Positions 36,538 through 46,396 are shown, counted from the first letter of the stretch. The stretch is 49,412 nt of DNA from Candidatus Gastranaerophilales bacterium (GCA_024695865.1 JAILHI010000004.1:1-49412); one strand, 5' to 3'. Program-made: numbers and translations. The notes: a model not told the origin generated them from the sequence alone.

Positions 36538-38352
36538 TTACATTTTTTCGGGTGCTGATGCGCCAATCAAGGTCAGACCTGATTTTAAAACATATATAAC
36601 GGCTTTTACAAGTGACAGTTTTGCTTTTGAAAGTTCTTTATCTTCGGATAAAATTCTGACAGCCGAGTAAAATTTGTGGAACGAAGCGGCTAATTCTTTC
36701 AGATATTTTGTCAAAAGATAGGGTGAATAATTTTGTGCCACATTGATTACAACCGTTTTGTATTCGGTCAGTTTTTCGATGAGCATTTTAAGTTCTTCTG
36801 TTTCTTCGTTGTTTTGCCATAATATATCAAGATTTTCGTCTTTAATGTTGTCAAAATAGTTGTCCAATTCCTGTTGAGTAAACATGGGCGGTAATACTTT
36901 GTTTTCGGTTGTATCATGTCTTTCCGCAACGGCGTTTCTCAATATCGAGCAGGCTCTTGCATGAGCATACTGCACGTAAAAGACGGGGTTTTCGTCAGTT
37001 TGTGATTTAGCAAGTTCGACGTCAAATTCCAAAGTCGTATCGATATTTCTCATAATCATCCAAAATCTTGTTGCATCAACACCGACTTCATCAATCAAAT
37101 CATCAAGTGTAATCATTTTTGTACGTTTTCCCATTCTGACCTGTTCGCCTTTGATTGAAAGGTTTACAAGTTGTCCGAGAAGTACGATGAGCGCATCGGG
37201 ATTATTGCCTAACGCTTCGATTGATGCTTTCATTCTGGGAATATATCCGTGGTGGTCTGCCCCCCAAATGTCTATAAGTTTTGAAAACCCTCTGTTAAAT
37301 TTGTCATGATGATATGCAATGTCAGATGTTAAATAGGTGTAGGCGCCGTCTGTCTTTTTGATGACTCTGTCTTTTTCATCGCCGTATTCGGAGGATTTAA
37401 ACCAAAGTGCACCGTCCTGTTCATACAGTTTGCCATTGTTTTGAAGTTCATCAAGACATTTTTGAACAAGTCCTCTTTCGTGTAAAGATGTTTCGAGGAA
37501 GAAATTGTCAAAATGTGTTTCAAATTTTTCAAGAAGTGCTTTTTGTTTATCAAGCATATAAAATTTAGCAAACAGGCATAATTTTTTATGCGTTTCATCA
37601 TCTGCCTGAGGAAGATTTTCTTTTGCCATTTTATCTGCAAGTTCCGAATTTTCCTCGATAAATTTTTCGGCACATTCTATCAAATAATCACCCGTGTAGT
37701 AGGATTTTACCTGTTCTTCGTCCTGCGGAAAATCAATTTTGATACCTTTTTGCTGCATTACTCTGATATAGAGCGAACGGCCGAGATTGTTTATCTGATT
37801 GCCCGCATCATTTACGTAAAATTCCTGATATACATCATAGCCGCAGAGTTTCATAACGTTAGCCAAAGCGCTTCCGACGGCAGCCCATCTGCCGTGTCCG
37901 ATATGGAACGGGCCTGTCGGGTTGGCGCTTACGTATTCAATCATGACTTTTTCGTTCTTGCCGATATTGTTTTTTGCGTAATTTAATTTCTGAACAAGAA
38001 TTTCTTTGATTGAATCGTTTAAAGAGGAACAAAGCGCATCTTTTTTGATTTTAAAATTGATGTAACCGCCTGCAAGTGAGATATTAAAAATTTCGGTTTC
38101 TTTTGTTTCTGTCGGGTTTTCGCTTTCGGGCGAAAGGTTTTTTAATATTTCTTTTGCGGTTTCAAGCGGTGATTTTTTCGTGTATCTGCTTAAACAGGAT
38201 ACATTTATTGCAAAATCTCCAAAATCACGGTTTTTCGGAACTTCGACTCGAAATTCGGGTATATCCTTTTCACTCATGTTTGCAAAAGTGCCGTTTTCAA
38301 CAGCCTTTTTTATTCCGTCCGTAACCAGTTTTAAACATTCATTTTTCAGCAT
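36538..38352 (-). CDS. argS: arginine--tRNA ligase
   Basis: Class I HIGH motif 'PTGPFHIGHGR'. C-terminal DALR anticodon-binding region. Length is 604 aa. Confidence 0.9.
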   Translation of the reverse strand: MLKNECLKLVTDGIKKAVENGTFANMSEKDIPEFRVEVPKNRDFGDFAINVSCLSRYTKKSPLETAKEILKNLSPESENPTETKETEIFNISLAGGYINFKIKKDALCSSLNDSIKEILVQKLNYAKNNIGKNEKVMIEYVSANPTGPFHIGHGRWAAVGSALANVMKLCGYDVYQEFYVNDAGNQINNLGRSLYIRVMQQKGIKIDFPQDEEQVKSYYTGDYLIECAEKFIEENSELADKMAKENLPQADDETHKKLCLFAKFYMLDKQKALLEKFETHFDNFFLETSLHERGLVQKCLDELQNNGKLYEQDGALWFKSSEYGDEKDRVIKKTDGAYTYLTSDIAYHHDKFNRGFSKLIDIWGADHHGYIPRMKASIEALGNNPDALIVLLGQLVNLSIKGEQVRMGKRTKMITLDDLIDEVGVDATRFWMIMRNIDTTLEFDVELAKSQTDENPVFYVQYAHARACSILRNAVAERHDTTENKVLPPMFTQQELDNYFDNIKDENLDILWQNNEETEELKMLIEKLTEYKTVVINVAQNYSPYLLTKYLKELAASFHKFYSAVRILSEDKELSKAKLSLVKAVIYVLKSGLTLIGASAPEKM

Positions 38353-38475
38353 AATTTTCCTCTTTCAAAAATATTTTATCAAAAAGAAAAAAGATTATAA
38401 ATAGTACAGGCATAATCAATAATTTTAATGGTTTTGATGTATATATTTTTTTGCGCAAATTGCTAAAATACTAAT

Positions 38476-39315
38476 ATGGGTAATTTTGAATTTCTGGAAA
38501 AAGTAAATCCTTCTATTGCTAATCTTGCGGATACCGCAGAAAAACTGTTTCGTGATGAGTATTACGACCAGTGCATTGCGCAGACACGAAAAATGGCGGA
38601 GGTGATGACACGTAATGTTTTGGGCTCAAAAGCCCAAGAGGACGACAGTTTTGACGATATGTTGTATAAGTTGAAAACGGTTTCCAATAACAATTTCAGA
38701 GAGCAAGAATTTATTTCCGATATGTATTTTCTGAAGAAGCAGGGAAATATTGCCGTTCATTCGCAAAAGTCCGAAAACAGCGGTAAAATCGCTCTTGAAT
38801 GTCTTGAGCATGTTTTTGAGGCTTCCGTCAATTATGCTTATGCAATTACTCACAGTGACAAAATCAACAAGTTGATTTTTGATGAAAAACTTCTTGTTCT
38901 CGGCGAAAAGAATACCAATTTGCAAAAGGAATACCGAGAAAAGACGGAGGAATATGAAAAACAGGCGGATAATGAAAAAAGTGAAGAAAACTTCTGCACC
39001 CGCCCCGAACCTGATAAAAAGCCAAAGGCAAAACAAAGCCGAAAATCAAACCTTTCAAACTCTGATAACGTAAAAACGGGCACGGAAAACAACCAAATTT
39101 TCTTTTTGAAAATCTTTAAAATATCATTAATTTTGGCAGTCGGCGTACTTCTTTTGTTAGGCGCAGTTTCGGCAATATCAAAAAGACAGTCCGCAGTAAA
39201 ACCCGAAAAGAAAACCGTATCTGCCGTAAAAGTTAAACAAAATGCCGTTAAAACAGTAAAACCCGCCGATACAAAATACAGTATTACTCATACTTTTTCA
39301 GATGTCGGAAGATAA
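38476..39315 (+). CDS. DUF4145 (HsdR-N-terminal-like) domain protein with coiled-coil, Lys-rich linker and single C-terminal TM anchor
   Basis: The N-terminus 'MGNFEFLEKVNPSIANLADTAEKLF...MYFLKKQGNIAVHSQ' parallels the conserved N-terminal domain of type I HsdR ('SNFEFLKGVN...FHKLRRIGNQAVHE'). TM helix 'ISLILAVGVLLLLGAV' lies near residue 215. Confidence 0.5.
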   Translation: MGNFEFLEKVNPSIANLADTAEKLFRDEYYDQCIAQTRKMAEVMTRNVLGSKAQEDDSFDDMLYKLKTVSNNNFREQEFISDMYFLKKQGNIAVHSQKSENSGKIALECLEHVFEASVNYAYAITHSDKINKLIFDEKLLVLGEKNTNLQKEYREKTEEYEKQADNEKSEENFCTRPEPDKKPKAKQSRKSNLSNSDNVKTGTENNQIFFLKIFKISLILAVGVLLLLGAVSAISKRQSAVKPEKKTVSAVKVKQNAVKTVKPADTKYSITHTFSDVGR

Positions 39316-39368
39316 ATTTTATTAAATTAGCAGACTAAATCTACCCTGCCTGCTTGCTTTTATTAGTT

Positions 39369-39398
39369 GTAGGGTGCAAAAAGGAACGTTTGTACCAA
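39369..39398. repeat. REP copy (GTAGGGTGCAAAAAGGAACGTTTGTACCAA) between convergent genes
   Basis: 29/30 identical to the REP at 336-365. Confidence 0.75.
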
Positions 39399-39417
39399 TT
39401 TGAAAATACTTGCCGTT

Positions 39418-41175
39418 CTAGTCTTTCAGTTTTAATACTCTGATTTCAAGTCCGTCGTTTTCACTTATTGTGCAAAGTTCGTCATATTTTTTTTCAAAAA
39501 ATTCCAAAAGGTTTTTAGCGTAATCTTTTCCGAAATAGCCCACATTTATGTAGGAATTATTTGTGATTAAAACATAGTCGGGCAAATTTGCGCTTAAATC
39601 TTCAATAACTTTTGCTTCACCCAAAGTATCAATAATGTGCGGAATTAGAGCATAATATTTTAAATTGGTTTTTCTGTCCGTAAGATAATTAAAAACAAGT
39701 CCTTCATCTGCAACAAGAACGGTTTTGTCTTTTGAAACGTTGTCCGAAATATATTTGATGGTTTGATTTATTGTTTTTGTATAATTTCCGCCGTATAACG
39801 TGCCTTTTGAACTAATGACGGGGATTTTCATGTTTGCCGCATTTGTGTAATAAAGAGTCGTAAACGAAAAAGTATATAATAACAGTACGATTGCAACAAA
39901 TTTTGTATAAACCGATTCTTTGAGTTTCGGCAGAAGTTCGGGCATGATTTCCAGAAGCAGATAAACAAGAGCCAGCCAATACAAGATGGCAATCCAGTTT
40001 CCTATTGATGAAATAAACACCGCCGCCCAAATTCTGTAAGACATCAAAAAGGCTGAAAGTGTTGTTATAAGATAAAATTTTTCTTTGTATGTAAAATCGT
40101 GTTTTTCGCTTCTTAAAGCCAATATTCCTAACGCTGCATAAATGAGGACATAGGGCAGAAATGCCATATTGTGATGGACGTTCATTTTGTAGTGCGAAAC
40201 CGCAATGTTTTGTATGATAAAGATATAGCCTGCCAAAAAGGCAATTAAAAGTAAAAGCCCTTTGAAAAATTTATTCTTGATTTTTGAATTGATAAACAGG
40301 ATAATTCCCGTGAAAATTGTCAAAGCGGTAATCTGGTATAAAAACGCCGTTCCCGAAAAGGAAAGAACGTTGAGAGAATATTTGTTAATGCTCTGAACGA
40401 GAACGAGTTTGTTATATTCAATAACGGACGGAGCCTTTGCAAAATTAATCAGAAAGTTTGTCTGTTGTTTTAAGAGTTCAACGGAGCCGCCGTTTGCAAG
40501 CCATATTGCATAAGTTGCAAGAGTCGGTGCGAAGAAGCATAAAACAGATATTAATACATCTTTCAAAGAACGGTTTTTTATTGCCGTTCCTATCGGAACC
40601 AGTGCAAATAAAATTAAATCCAGTTTAAAGGCGGCAGATAAACCCGTTAACAAAGACGATAAATACAAATAGTTTTTATTTTGGGTTTCGCTGTATCGCA
40701 AATAAAAATAAAAAGCCGCAAAACAAGCCGTAAAAGCATATAAAAACGAATATGAATACGGGAAAAACCATGACGCCGAATTTAAGTGAATTGTTCTGAA
40801 CGTGAAAATCCCCATTACCGACAAAACGGTTATAAATGCCGTGTTTGTTGAGGAATATTTTTTCGTAATCACATAAAGCAGAGACAAAATCACTGCCGAA
40901 CAGGTAATACCCGCCAAATACAAGACATTCAGCGAGGTGCCGAAAAGTTTAAATAAAACTGCGTTAACCTGATATGCCAAAGGCGGATACATGCAGGTAA
41001 TATCCGAATACAGAACTTTTCCCTGCAAAAGAGCATCGGGAATTATAATTTCTCTGAAACAGTCTGCAATGATGTTGCCCCATTTGCCCCACGTTAAAAT
41101 TATATATAACAAGTAAATTGCGCCTAAAATGCACGGCAAGATTAGTTCTTTTTTGTTTTTGTAAAATTCCTGCAT
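39418..41175 (-). CDS. polytopic membrane protein (about 12 TM + C-terminal soluble domain), possible GT-C-type (ArnT/PMT-like) glycosyltransferase
   Basis: 585 aa. The N-terminal 430 aa are hydrophobic with many predicted helices, and the C-terminal 150 aa are soluble. The architecture and the divergent pairing with a UXS/ArnA-like decarboxylase suggest GT-C. I identified no diagnostic catalytic motif. Confidence 0.45.
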   Translation of the reverse strand: MQEFYKNKKELILPCILGAIYLLYIILTWGKWGNIIADCFREIIIPDALLQGKVLYSDITCMYPPLAYQVNAVLFKLFGTSLNVLYLAGITCSAVILSLLYVITKKYSSTNTAFITVLSVMGIFTFRTIHLNSASWFFPYSYSFLYAFTACFAAFYFYLRYSETQNKNYLYLSSLLTGLSAAFKLDLILFALVPIGTAIKNRSLKDVLISVLCFFAPTLATYAIWLANGGSVELLKQQTNFLINFAKAPSVIEYNKLVLVQSINKYSLNVLSFSGTAFLYQITALTIFTGIILFINSKIKNKFFKGLLLLIAFLAGYIFIIQNIAVSHYKMNVHHNMAFLPYVLIYAALGILALRSEKHDFTYKEKFYLITTLSAFLMSYRIWAAVFISSIGNWIAILYWLALVYLLLEIMPELLPKLKESVYTKFVAIVLLLYTFSFTTLYYTNAANMKIPVISSKGTLYGGNYTKTINQTIKYISDNVSKDKTVLVADEGLVFNYLTDRKTNLKYYALIPHIIDTLGEAKVIEDLSANLPDYVLITNNSYINVGYFGKDYAKNLLEFFEKKYDELCTISENDGLEIRVLKLKD

Positions 41176-41277
41176 AGTTTTTCCTTTTTTTTCATCTTAT
41201 CATAAATAACTTTGCAAAAACCAAAAAATGTAATATCATTTAATTATGTTTAAGAAACGGAAAGGCATATAACATTT

Positions 41278-42222
41278 ATGAACAGAATAATTGTAACGGG
41301 CGGAGCAGGGTTTATCGGAAGCAATCTTTGCGAAAGGCTTGTAAAGGACGGAAACGATGTTATATGCGTTGATAACTTTTTTACGGGTTCAAAAGATAAT
41401 ATCAGACATTTAATCGGAAATAACCATTTTGAACTTGTAAGACACGATGTTACAAAAGAGTTTTATGCGGAAGCAGACCAAATCTACAATCTTGCCTGCC
41501 CCGCAAGCCCCCCGAGTTATCAGTATAACCCTATCAAAACCATAAAAACCTCCGTTATGGGTACAATTAATATGCTGGGGCTTGCAAAGAGATGTAAGGC
41601 GAGAATTTTGCAGGCTTCGACTAGCGAAATCTACGGAGATCCGAAGATTCACCCGCAAACAGAGGACTATTGGGGAAATGTTAATCCGATAGGTATAAGA
41701 AGTTGCTACGATGAGGGCAAACGCTGTGCCGAAACACTTATGATGGACTATCACCGCCAAAACAAAGTTGATATCAGAATAGTCAGAATTTTCAATACCT
41801 ACGGGCCTAAAATGGATAAAAACGACGGACGTGTTGTTTCAAACTTTATCGTTCAGGCGCTCCAAAATCAAGACATAACGATATACGGCGATGGAAGTCA
41901 GACACGTTCTTTCTGTTATGTGGACGATTTGGTTGAAGCGTTAATAAGAATGCAGAACAACGATTTGGGCTTTATAGGCCCCGTTAATCTCGGCAACCCG
42001 TCAGAAAGAACGATTCTTGAATTTGCGGAAAGAATAATCAGGCTGACCAATTCAAATTCAAAAATAATCTTTAAGCCGCTGCCGTCTGATGACCCGACAA
42101 GACGCCGCCCCGATATTTCTCTTGCAAAAGAAAAACTCGGCTGGGAACCCAAAATTGATATTGATGACGGCCTTATGCGCACGATAAATTACTTTGATGC
42201 CTTGTTAAAATCGGGAAAATAA
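41278..42222 (+). CDS. UDP-glucuronate decarboxylase (UDP-xylose synthase)-like NAD-dependent SDR
   Basis: Rossmann '[14 protein letters not shown]'. Catalytic 'YDEGKRCAE' (YxxxK). Overall close resemblance to UXS/ArnA-C. Confidence 0.8.
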   Translation: MNRIIVTGGAGFIGSNLCERLVKDGNDVICVDNFFTGSKDNIRHLIGNNHFELVRHDVTKEFYAEADQIYNLACPASPPSYQYNPIKTIKTSVMGTINMLGLAKRCKARILQASTSEIYGDPKIHPQTEDYWGNVNPIGIRSCYDEGKRCAETLMMDYHRQNKVDIRIVRIFNTYGPKMDKNDGRVVSNFIVQALQNQDITIYGDGSQTRSFCYVDDLVEALIRMQNNDLGFIGPVNLGNPSERTILEFAERIIRLTNSNSKIIFKPLPSDDPTRRRPDISLAKEKLGWEPKIDIDDGLMRTINYFDALLKSGK

Positions 42223-42229
42223 TTCGCCG

Positions 42230-42890
42230 TTGCACCCTGCCTGCTGTCTTTTGATAAGACGTCATTGCGAGGCTTGTCCGAAGCAATCCCATTACGAAAA
42301 CACATCTGTCATTCTGAGGCGGAGCCGAAGAACCCAGTTTTGTAGGGTGCGAAAAGGCACGTTCGCACCAATTTTATAATTATTTTTTGGTGCAAACATT
42401 TCATTTTTTGCACCCTACTTGCTATCTTTTGATAAGACGTCATTGCGAGGCTTGTCTGAAGCAATCCCATTACGAAAACATATCTGTCATTCTGAGGCGG
42501 AGCCGAAGAATCCAGCTGTTTGGAAGAAAAAGATTTTGTCGGCTGGATACTTCGCTAGCGCTCAGTATGACAGCAAGAAAAACAAAACGTCATTCCGAAC
42601 TTGTTTCGGAATCCCTATAACCGAACGGGATTGCCACGAAATGCTTTCGCATTTCTCGCAATGACGTAAAATCATCATTTATGACCTATTCCTATTGAAT
42701 TTTTGCGGTGTGAATTTCGCTGAAAAATTCTTTTAACTGCGCCATTGTTAAAATTGCGTTATGCGATGAGTCTCGTAGGGTGCAAAAAGGAACGTTTGCA
42801 CCGATATAATAAGATTCAATTCGGCTGGATTGCCACGAAATGCTTTCGCATTTCTCACAATGACGTAAAATCATCATTTATGACCTATTC
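42230..42890. repeat. intergenic repeat hotspot: two 95-bp direct repeats (42243-42337, 42423-42520), an inverted REP doublet/REPIN (42342-42418), hairpin 42592-42612, short TIR-family element (42628-42662), and a 143-bp tandem duplication (42628-42770 / 42827-42970) flanking a solo REP (42775-42802)
   Basis: Direct sequence comparison within the window. The ORFs 42387-42620, 42419-42664 and 42692-42877 are repeat or duplication artefacts. The last one reproduces the final 25 codons of the calpain-like gene. Confidence 0.75.
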
Positions 42891-44456
42891 CTATTGAATT
42901 TTTGCGGTGTGAATTTCGCTGAAAAATTCTTTTAACTGCGCCATTGTTAAAATTGCGTTATGCGATGAGTTCCACGGGTTTGAAACCTTGAAAACGGTTT
43001 CCCCGTCTTTATTTACGGATGGCGCAATTCTGTAAGCGTGGGCGCCGTACATACTTAAACTTCTGTCCATCACAAGTTCCGCATGAAACAGGTTTTGTCT
43101 GCCTTCCCGCTTTGTTCCGCCAGAAAAAATATAATCTTTGGATAACTCGGGATTGGTCAGTATTTCCTGAATATCAGGGTCGTCCATAAAATAGGCTTCT
43201 GTTTCTTTATAGCCGAAGTCATTAAACACGTCTTCCATATATCCGCCATCCCCTCTGTAATAATCACCGGGGGTTTGATATGAGGTGTGTCTGTACATGT
43301 TCATCTGGTTTAAAGAACGTAAGGATATTCCGCTTCCCGAGTGCATAACAGGCTCTCTGTTGTGGTCAAGTTCGACAATAACATCTTTTGAGCCGCTTTT
43401 AACCGCTTCTGTTAATTTATCAAGTTCAATTGTGTAATTTTTAATTTGTTCGTTTAAAGACTTTTGTTTTTGCGTACTTGTCGTTTTTTCCAACTGCTTT
43501 TCAAATTTTTTTATTGCATTGGTTTGTGCCGTAATTGCTTTATTTGTTGCAAAATCTTCCAGATATTTTCCGTAGGCGTATTCAACAAGCTTTATTCCGG
43601 TTGAACCTGTTACGAAATTACCCTTGTAGGCTTTTGGCATTACCGCATTTTCAGCGGTATAGGTAAAATTATTTGACGGAAAAGTAATTTTGATATCATT
43701 GCCGTCCTGCTCAAAACACTGCAAAAAGTGCGCTCTTGCTTCGGGGCTGTCCATCATTGAGTTTACCGTCGAAACAAAATAGCAATCCGCCGAATAGGTC
43801 TGCGCATTGGCAAAACGTTCTGCAGGCGGAAAGAGTTTGAGCATCATTTGTTTATCCATTTTTAACTGCTCGGGCTGTCCGTCTTTGTTCTTGATATATA
43901 TTCTGTTTTGTCCTTCAACCTCAAATAAATCTCCGACCTGTGCCGATTTTAAACCCTCATCGGTATTGTTAAAATGAGGAATATATGCATCATTCGGGTC
44001 GATTCCTTTGTTTTTTGCATCAAAAATCATATTGATGTCTTTTTCCATACCGTCAGACATAATTCCGTCTTTACAAATGAATTTTAAGGTTTTGGGATTA
44101 ACTTTCTTTTCATTTACGAGAGTCAAAAGTTTTGAGACATTTTCTGCCTGTTCATCACCGCTTTTTATAATCTTTTTAAGATTGGCGATATCGTGTATGC
44201 CCAATCTTCCCATCAAAGCAAATTTATTAACAAGTCGGTTCGCCTTTTTAAGTTGATTTTCTGTTATTCCCGATATTGCACGCCAATTCTCACCCGAAAG
44301 TGATGTTACTTCTTCATTTTGCTGAAGATTTTGTTCTGGCTGACAGAGTTTTTTTTCTTTTTGTGTTTGTTTGTCGTATATATCGGTTTTAACGGAAATT
44401 CCGCTTATGGTGTTCATTTTCTGTCCTTTGGTAAAATTTTGGCATAATATGGTCAT
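42891..44456 (-). CDS. calpain-like (C2/Tpr-like) cysteine protease, paralog 2
   Basis: Cys motif 'QTYSADCYFVSTVNSM', His motif 'YGAHAYRIA' and Asn motif 'VSNPWNSS', in the same order and spacing as paralog 1. Its 3' end is tandemly duplicated downstream. Confidence 0.55.
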   Translation of the reverse strand: MTILCQNFTKGQKMNTISGISVKTDIYDKQTQKEKKLCQPEQNLQQNEEVTSLSGENWRAISGITENQLKKANRLVNKFALMGRLGIHDIANLKKIIKSGDEQAENVSKLLTLVNEKKVNPKTLKFICKDGIMSDGMEKDINMIFDAKNKGIDPNDAYIPHFNNTDEGLKSAQVGDLFEVEGQNRIYIKNKDGQPEQLKMDKQMMLKLFPPAERFANAQTYSADCYFVSTVNSMMDSPEARAHFLQCFEQDGNDIKITFPSNNFTYTAENAVMPKAYKGNFVTGSTGIKLVEYAYGKYLEDFATNKAITAQTNAIKKFEKQLEKTTSTQKQKSLNEQIKNYTIELDKLTEAVKSGSKDVIVELDHNREPVMHSGSGISLRSLNQMNMYRHTSYQTPGDYYRGDGGYMEDVFNDFGYKETEAYFMDDPDIQEILTNPELSKDYIFSGGTKREGRQNLFHAELVMDRSLSMYGAHAYRIAPSVNKDGETVFKVSNPWNSSHNAILTMAQLKEFFSEIHTAKIQ

Positions 44457-44535
44457 GCTCTCTCATTTTTCTTATCGGTTAAAATTTTTAAATCTTTAAT
44501 ATCAATTTAAAATGTTTTTAGTATAATACAATCAG

Positions 44536-45741
44536 GTGGACTATATGAAAAATTTTTGTATAAAATTTTTAACTCTCATCATAACGGTCATAATATCGTC
44601 GTTGTCTGTTTTTGCCGACACTGACGATATATATAAATTCTGTTTTGTGGAAGATACCAAAACAAAAAAAGAATTTGCAAGAACAATAGTTCCCGATGAT
44701 TTTATTGTTTCAACTTCTGTGAAATGGGAAAGAGATTATGAAAATCCCGTTTCTCTGACAATTCTTGCTCAGTCAAAGGATAAAACTACAAGTTTTCTAT
44801 ATTCTTCCGCAAAAACCTATGTAGATAGTTATGCAGATGTGCAAAATGTAAGTTCCCCGATAGACACCGTTTTTCTTACGGAAAAAAGGGCTTTTGCCTT
44901 TCCTCAGGAATTTGTAAAGGAATTGATTTCGGCAAATAATCCCAATGCTCAAGAGGTTGTTCTCGTTTCATCTTTTGAAAGCCCCGAGCCGATTAAGGAT
45001 TATTTGATGTCTGAAATGCTCAAAAAAATGGACGACTTGAAAACCGAGGCGAAATCCGACAGAAGATTTTCAAAAGTTTCTATCGGCAATCCTTATTTTC
45101 AGCCGTTTGCATCAACTTATTCTTATACCTTAAATAATCAGACCTATAAACAAACAGTTATAGCAATGATAAGTTCTTTCGATTATGAATTTACCAAAAA
45201 AACGAGTGTGGGCAAATTTGAAAAATTTCCCATGAAATTATGGTTTGTTTCCGATTTGTACGTTTTGAAAGCCAAAGAAACCGACTATGATAAGTATTAC
45301 GAAAAATTTATCATTTTTGTGGCAAATACGATGATTAACAGAAAAGCCGAAAACTCTCTGCGTTTGGTAAAACAGCAGATGAAAATGGAATTATCGCCGA
45401 CCTATGTTGATGTTCATACGGGCAGCAATCTCAAAAATCTGCCGTCAGATTTGTTTAACAGATACTATGAGGGCGGTTTGCCTTTATATCAGGAGGATAA
45501 AGATATGCCGATGCAAAAACCGTCACTACAACAGGTCAGATGGTTTACAAACGTTATTTATCCTCAAAACCGATATAAATTCGTTAAACTTCCTACCTTG
45601 TGGAATCAGCCTGTCTATGTGCCGCAAAAGTATCAATGTGTTTATTTTGATAAAGTTAACAACAGATTTGCTCTCGGTACGACAATGAAAGAACATGGTA
45701 AAGGTTGGGTTCATCTGATATTGTCTAATATTATTAATTAA
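44536..45741 (+). CDS. secreted hypothetical protein (401 aa)
   Basis: Signal peptide 'MDYMKNFCIKFLTLIITVIISSLSVFA'. I recognise no domain. It is divergent from the calpain-like paralog 2. Confidence 0.45.
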   Translation: MDYMKNFCIKFLTLIITVIISSLSVFADTDDIYKFCFVEDTKTKKEFARTIVPDDFIVSTSVKWERDYENPVSLTILAQSKDKTTSFLYSSAKTYVDSYADVQNVSSPIDTVFLTEKRAFAFPQEFVKELISANNPNAQEVVLVSSFESPEPIKDYLMSEMLKKMDDLKTEAKSDRRFSKVSIGNPYFQPFASTYSYTLNNQTYKQTVIAMISSFDYEFTKKTSVGKFEKFPMKLWFVSDLYVLKAKETDYDKYYEKFIIFVANTMINRKAENSLRLVKQQMKMELSPTYVDVHTGSNLKNLPSDLFNRYYEGGLPLYQEDKDMPMQKPSLQQVRWFTNVIYPQNRYKFVKLPTLWNQPVYVPQKYQCVYFDKVNNRFALGTTMKEHGKGWVHLILSNIIN

Positions 45742-45775
45742 AGAGATTATCCATAAGTTACCATATAACCTATAA

Positions 45776-46000
45776 CGTCATTACGAGGCTTGTCCGAAGT
45801 AATCCCTGAAAAAGATTGCCACGCTCACTTCGTTGTCTTGGATTTTGTTTCACAAAAAGCACTTGTTCGCTTCACTACGTTGCCACTCACTTTGCTTTTT
45901 GCTATTTCGGCTTTCCCTCGTTTCTCTCGGTCAGCCTACACAAAATCCGCTCGCTCGCAATGACAACAGGCATAAAAGTTTACAACCGGTTTTGCGGTAA
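45776..46000. mobile_element. MITE-like element copy B (inverted relative to 26873-27128), bounded by CGTCATTACGAG ... CTCGCAATGACA
   Basis: 45814-45968 is about 90% identical to the reverse complement of the core of the 26873-27128 element. The left end carries the 'cgtcattacgaggcttgtccgaagtaatccc' module also seen at 42257 and 42437. The right flank resembles the outer TIR ('ggttttgcggtaa'). The ORF 45816-46016(+) is an artefact. Confidence 0.65.
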
Positions 46001-46054
46001 CTTATATAATGGTTAAATTAATTTTCTGATTTATCATATTTATGAGATAATGTA

Positions 46055-46394
46055 TTTGAAATCAATCGGATAATTACGTACAGATGAACATGCTGTATGA
46101 GGAAAGTCCGAGCATTCAAGGGCAGGCCGCCGGATAACGTCCGGTGTCGGTGACGATGAGGATAGTGCCACAGAAAAGTAAACAACCCGAAAGGGTTCAG
46201 GTGCAACAGTAGTGTAAAAGACTACTCGGAATATCGAGAGGTATTCTTGCGGTAAACCCCGGCAGAATGCAAGTTCGACAGAAAGGTTTGAGGCTGCCCG
46301 CCGACTTTCGACAGAACGCTGGAGGCAATGAGTAATTATTGTCCAAGACAGATGATTATCTAAAACAGAACTCGGCTTACGGATTGATTTCAAA
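46055..46394 (+). ncRNA. rnpB: RNase P RNA (bacterial type A-like, compact)
   Basis: Conserved P4 strand 'GAGGAAAGTCCGAGC'. 'GGTAAACCCCGGCAGAATGCAAG' (compare E. coli GGTAAACTCCACCCGGAGCAAGG). 3' signature 'ACAGAACTCGGCTTA'. A 15-bp P1 helix pairs 46055-46069 with 46380-46394. Confidence 0.75.
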
Positions 46395-46396
46395 AT

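Noticed and set aside
42692-42877. 61-aa ORF sharing its C-terminus with the calpain-like protein
   Set aside because: It is a by-product of the 143-bp tandem duplication. The upstream part reads through REP-derived sequence. It is a remnant, not an independent gene, though I list it under the duplication finding.
42230-42980. Possible CRISPR array, suggested by regularly spaced direct repeats
   Set aside because: The repeat units are 95-143 bp with irregular spacing, contain REP palindromes, and duplicate a gene 3' end. There is no 25-40 bp repeat/spacer periodicity and no cas genes anywhere in the window.
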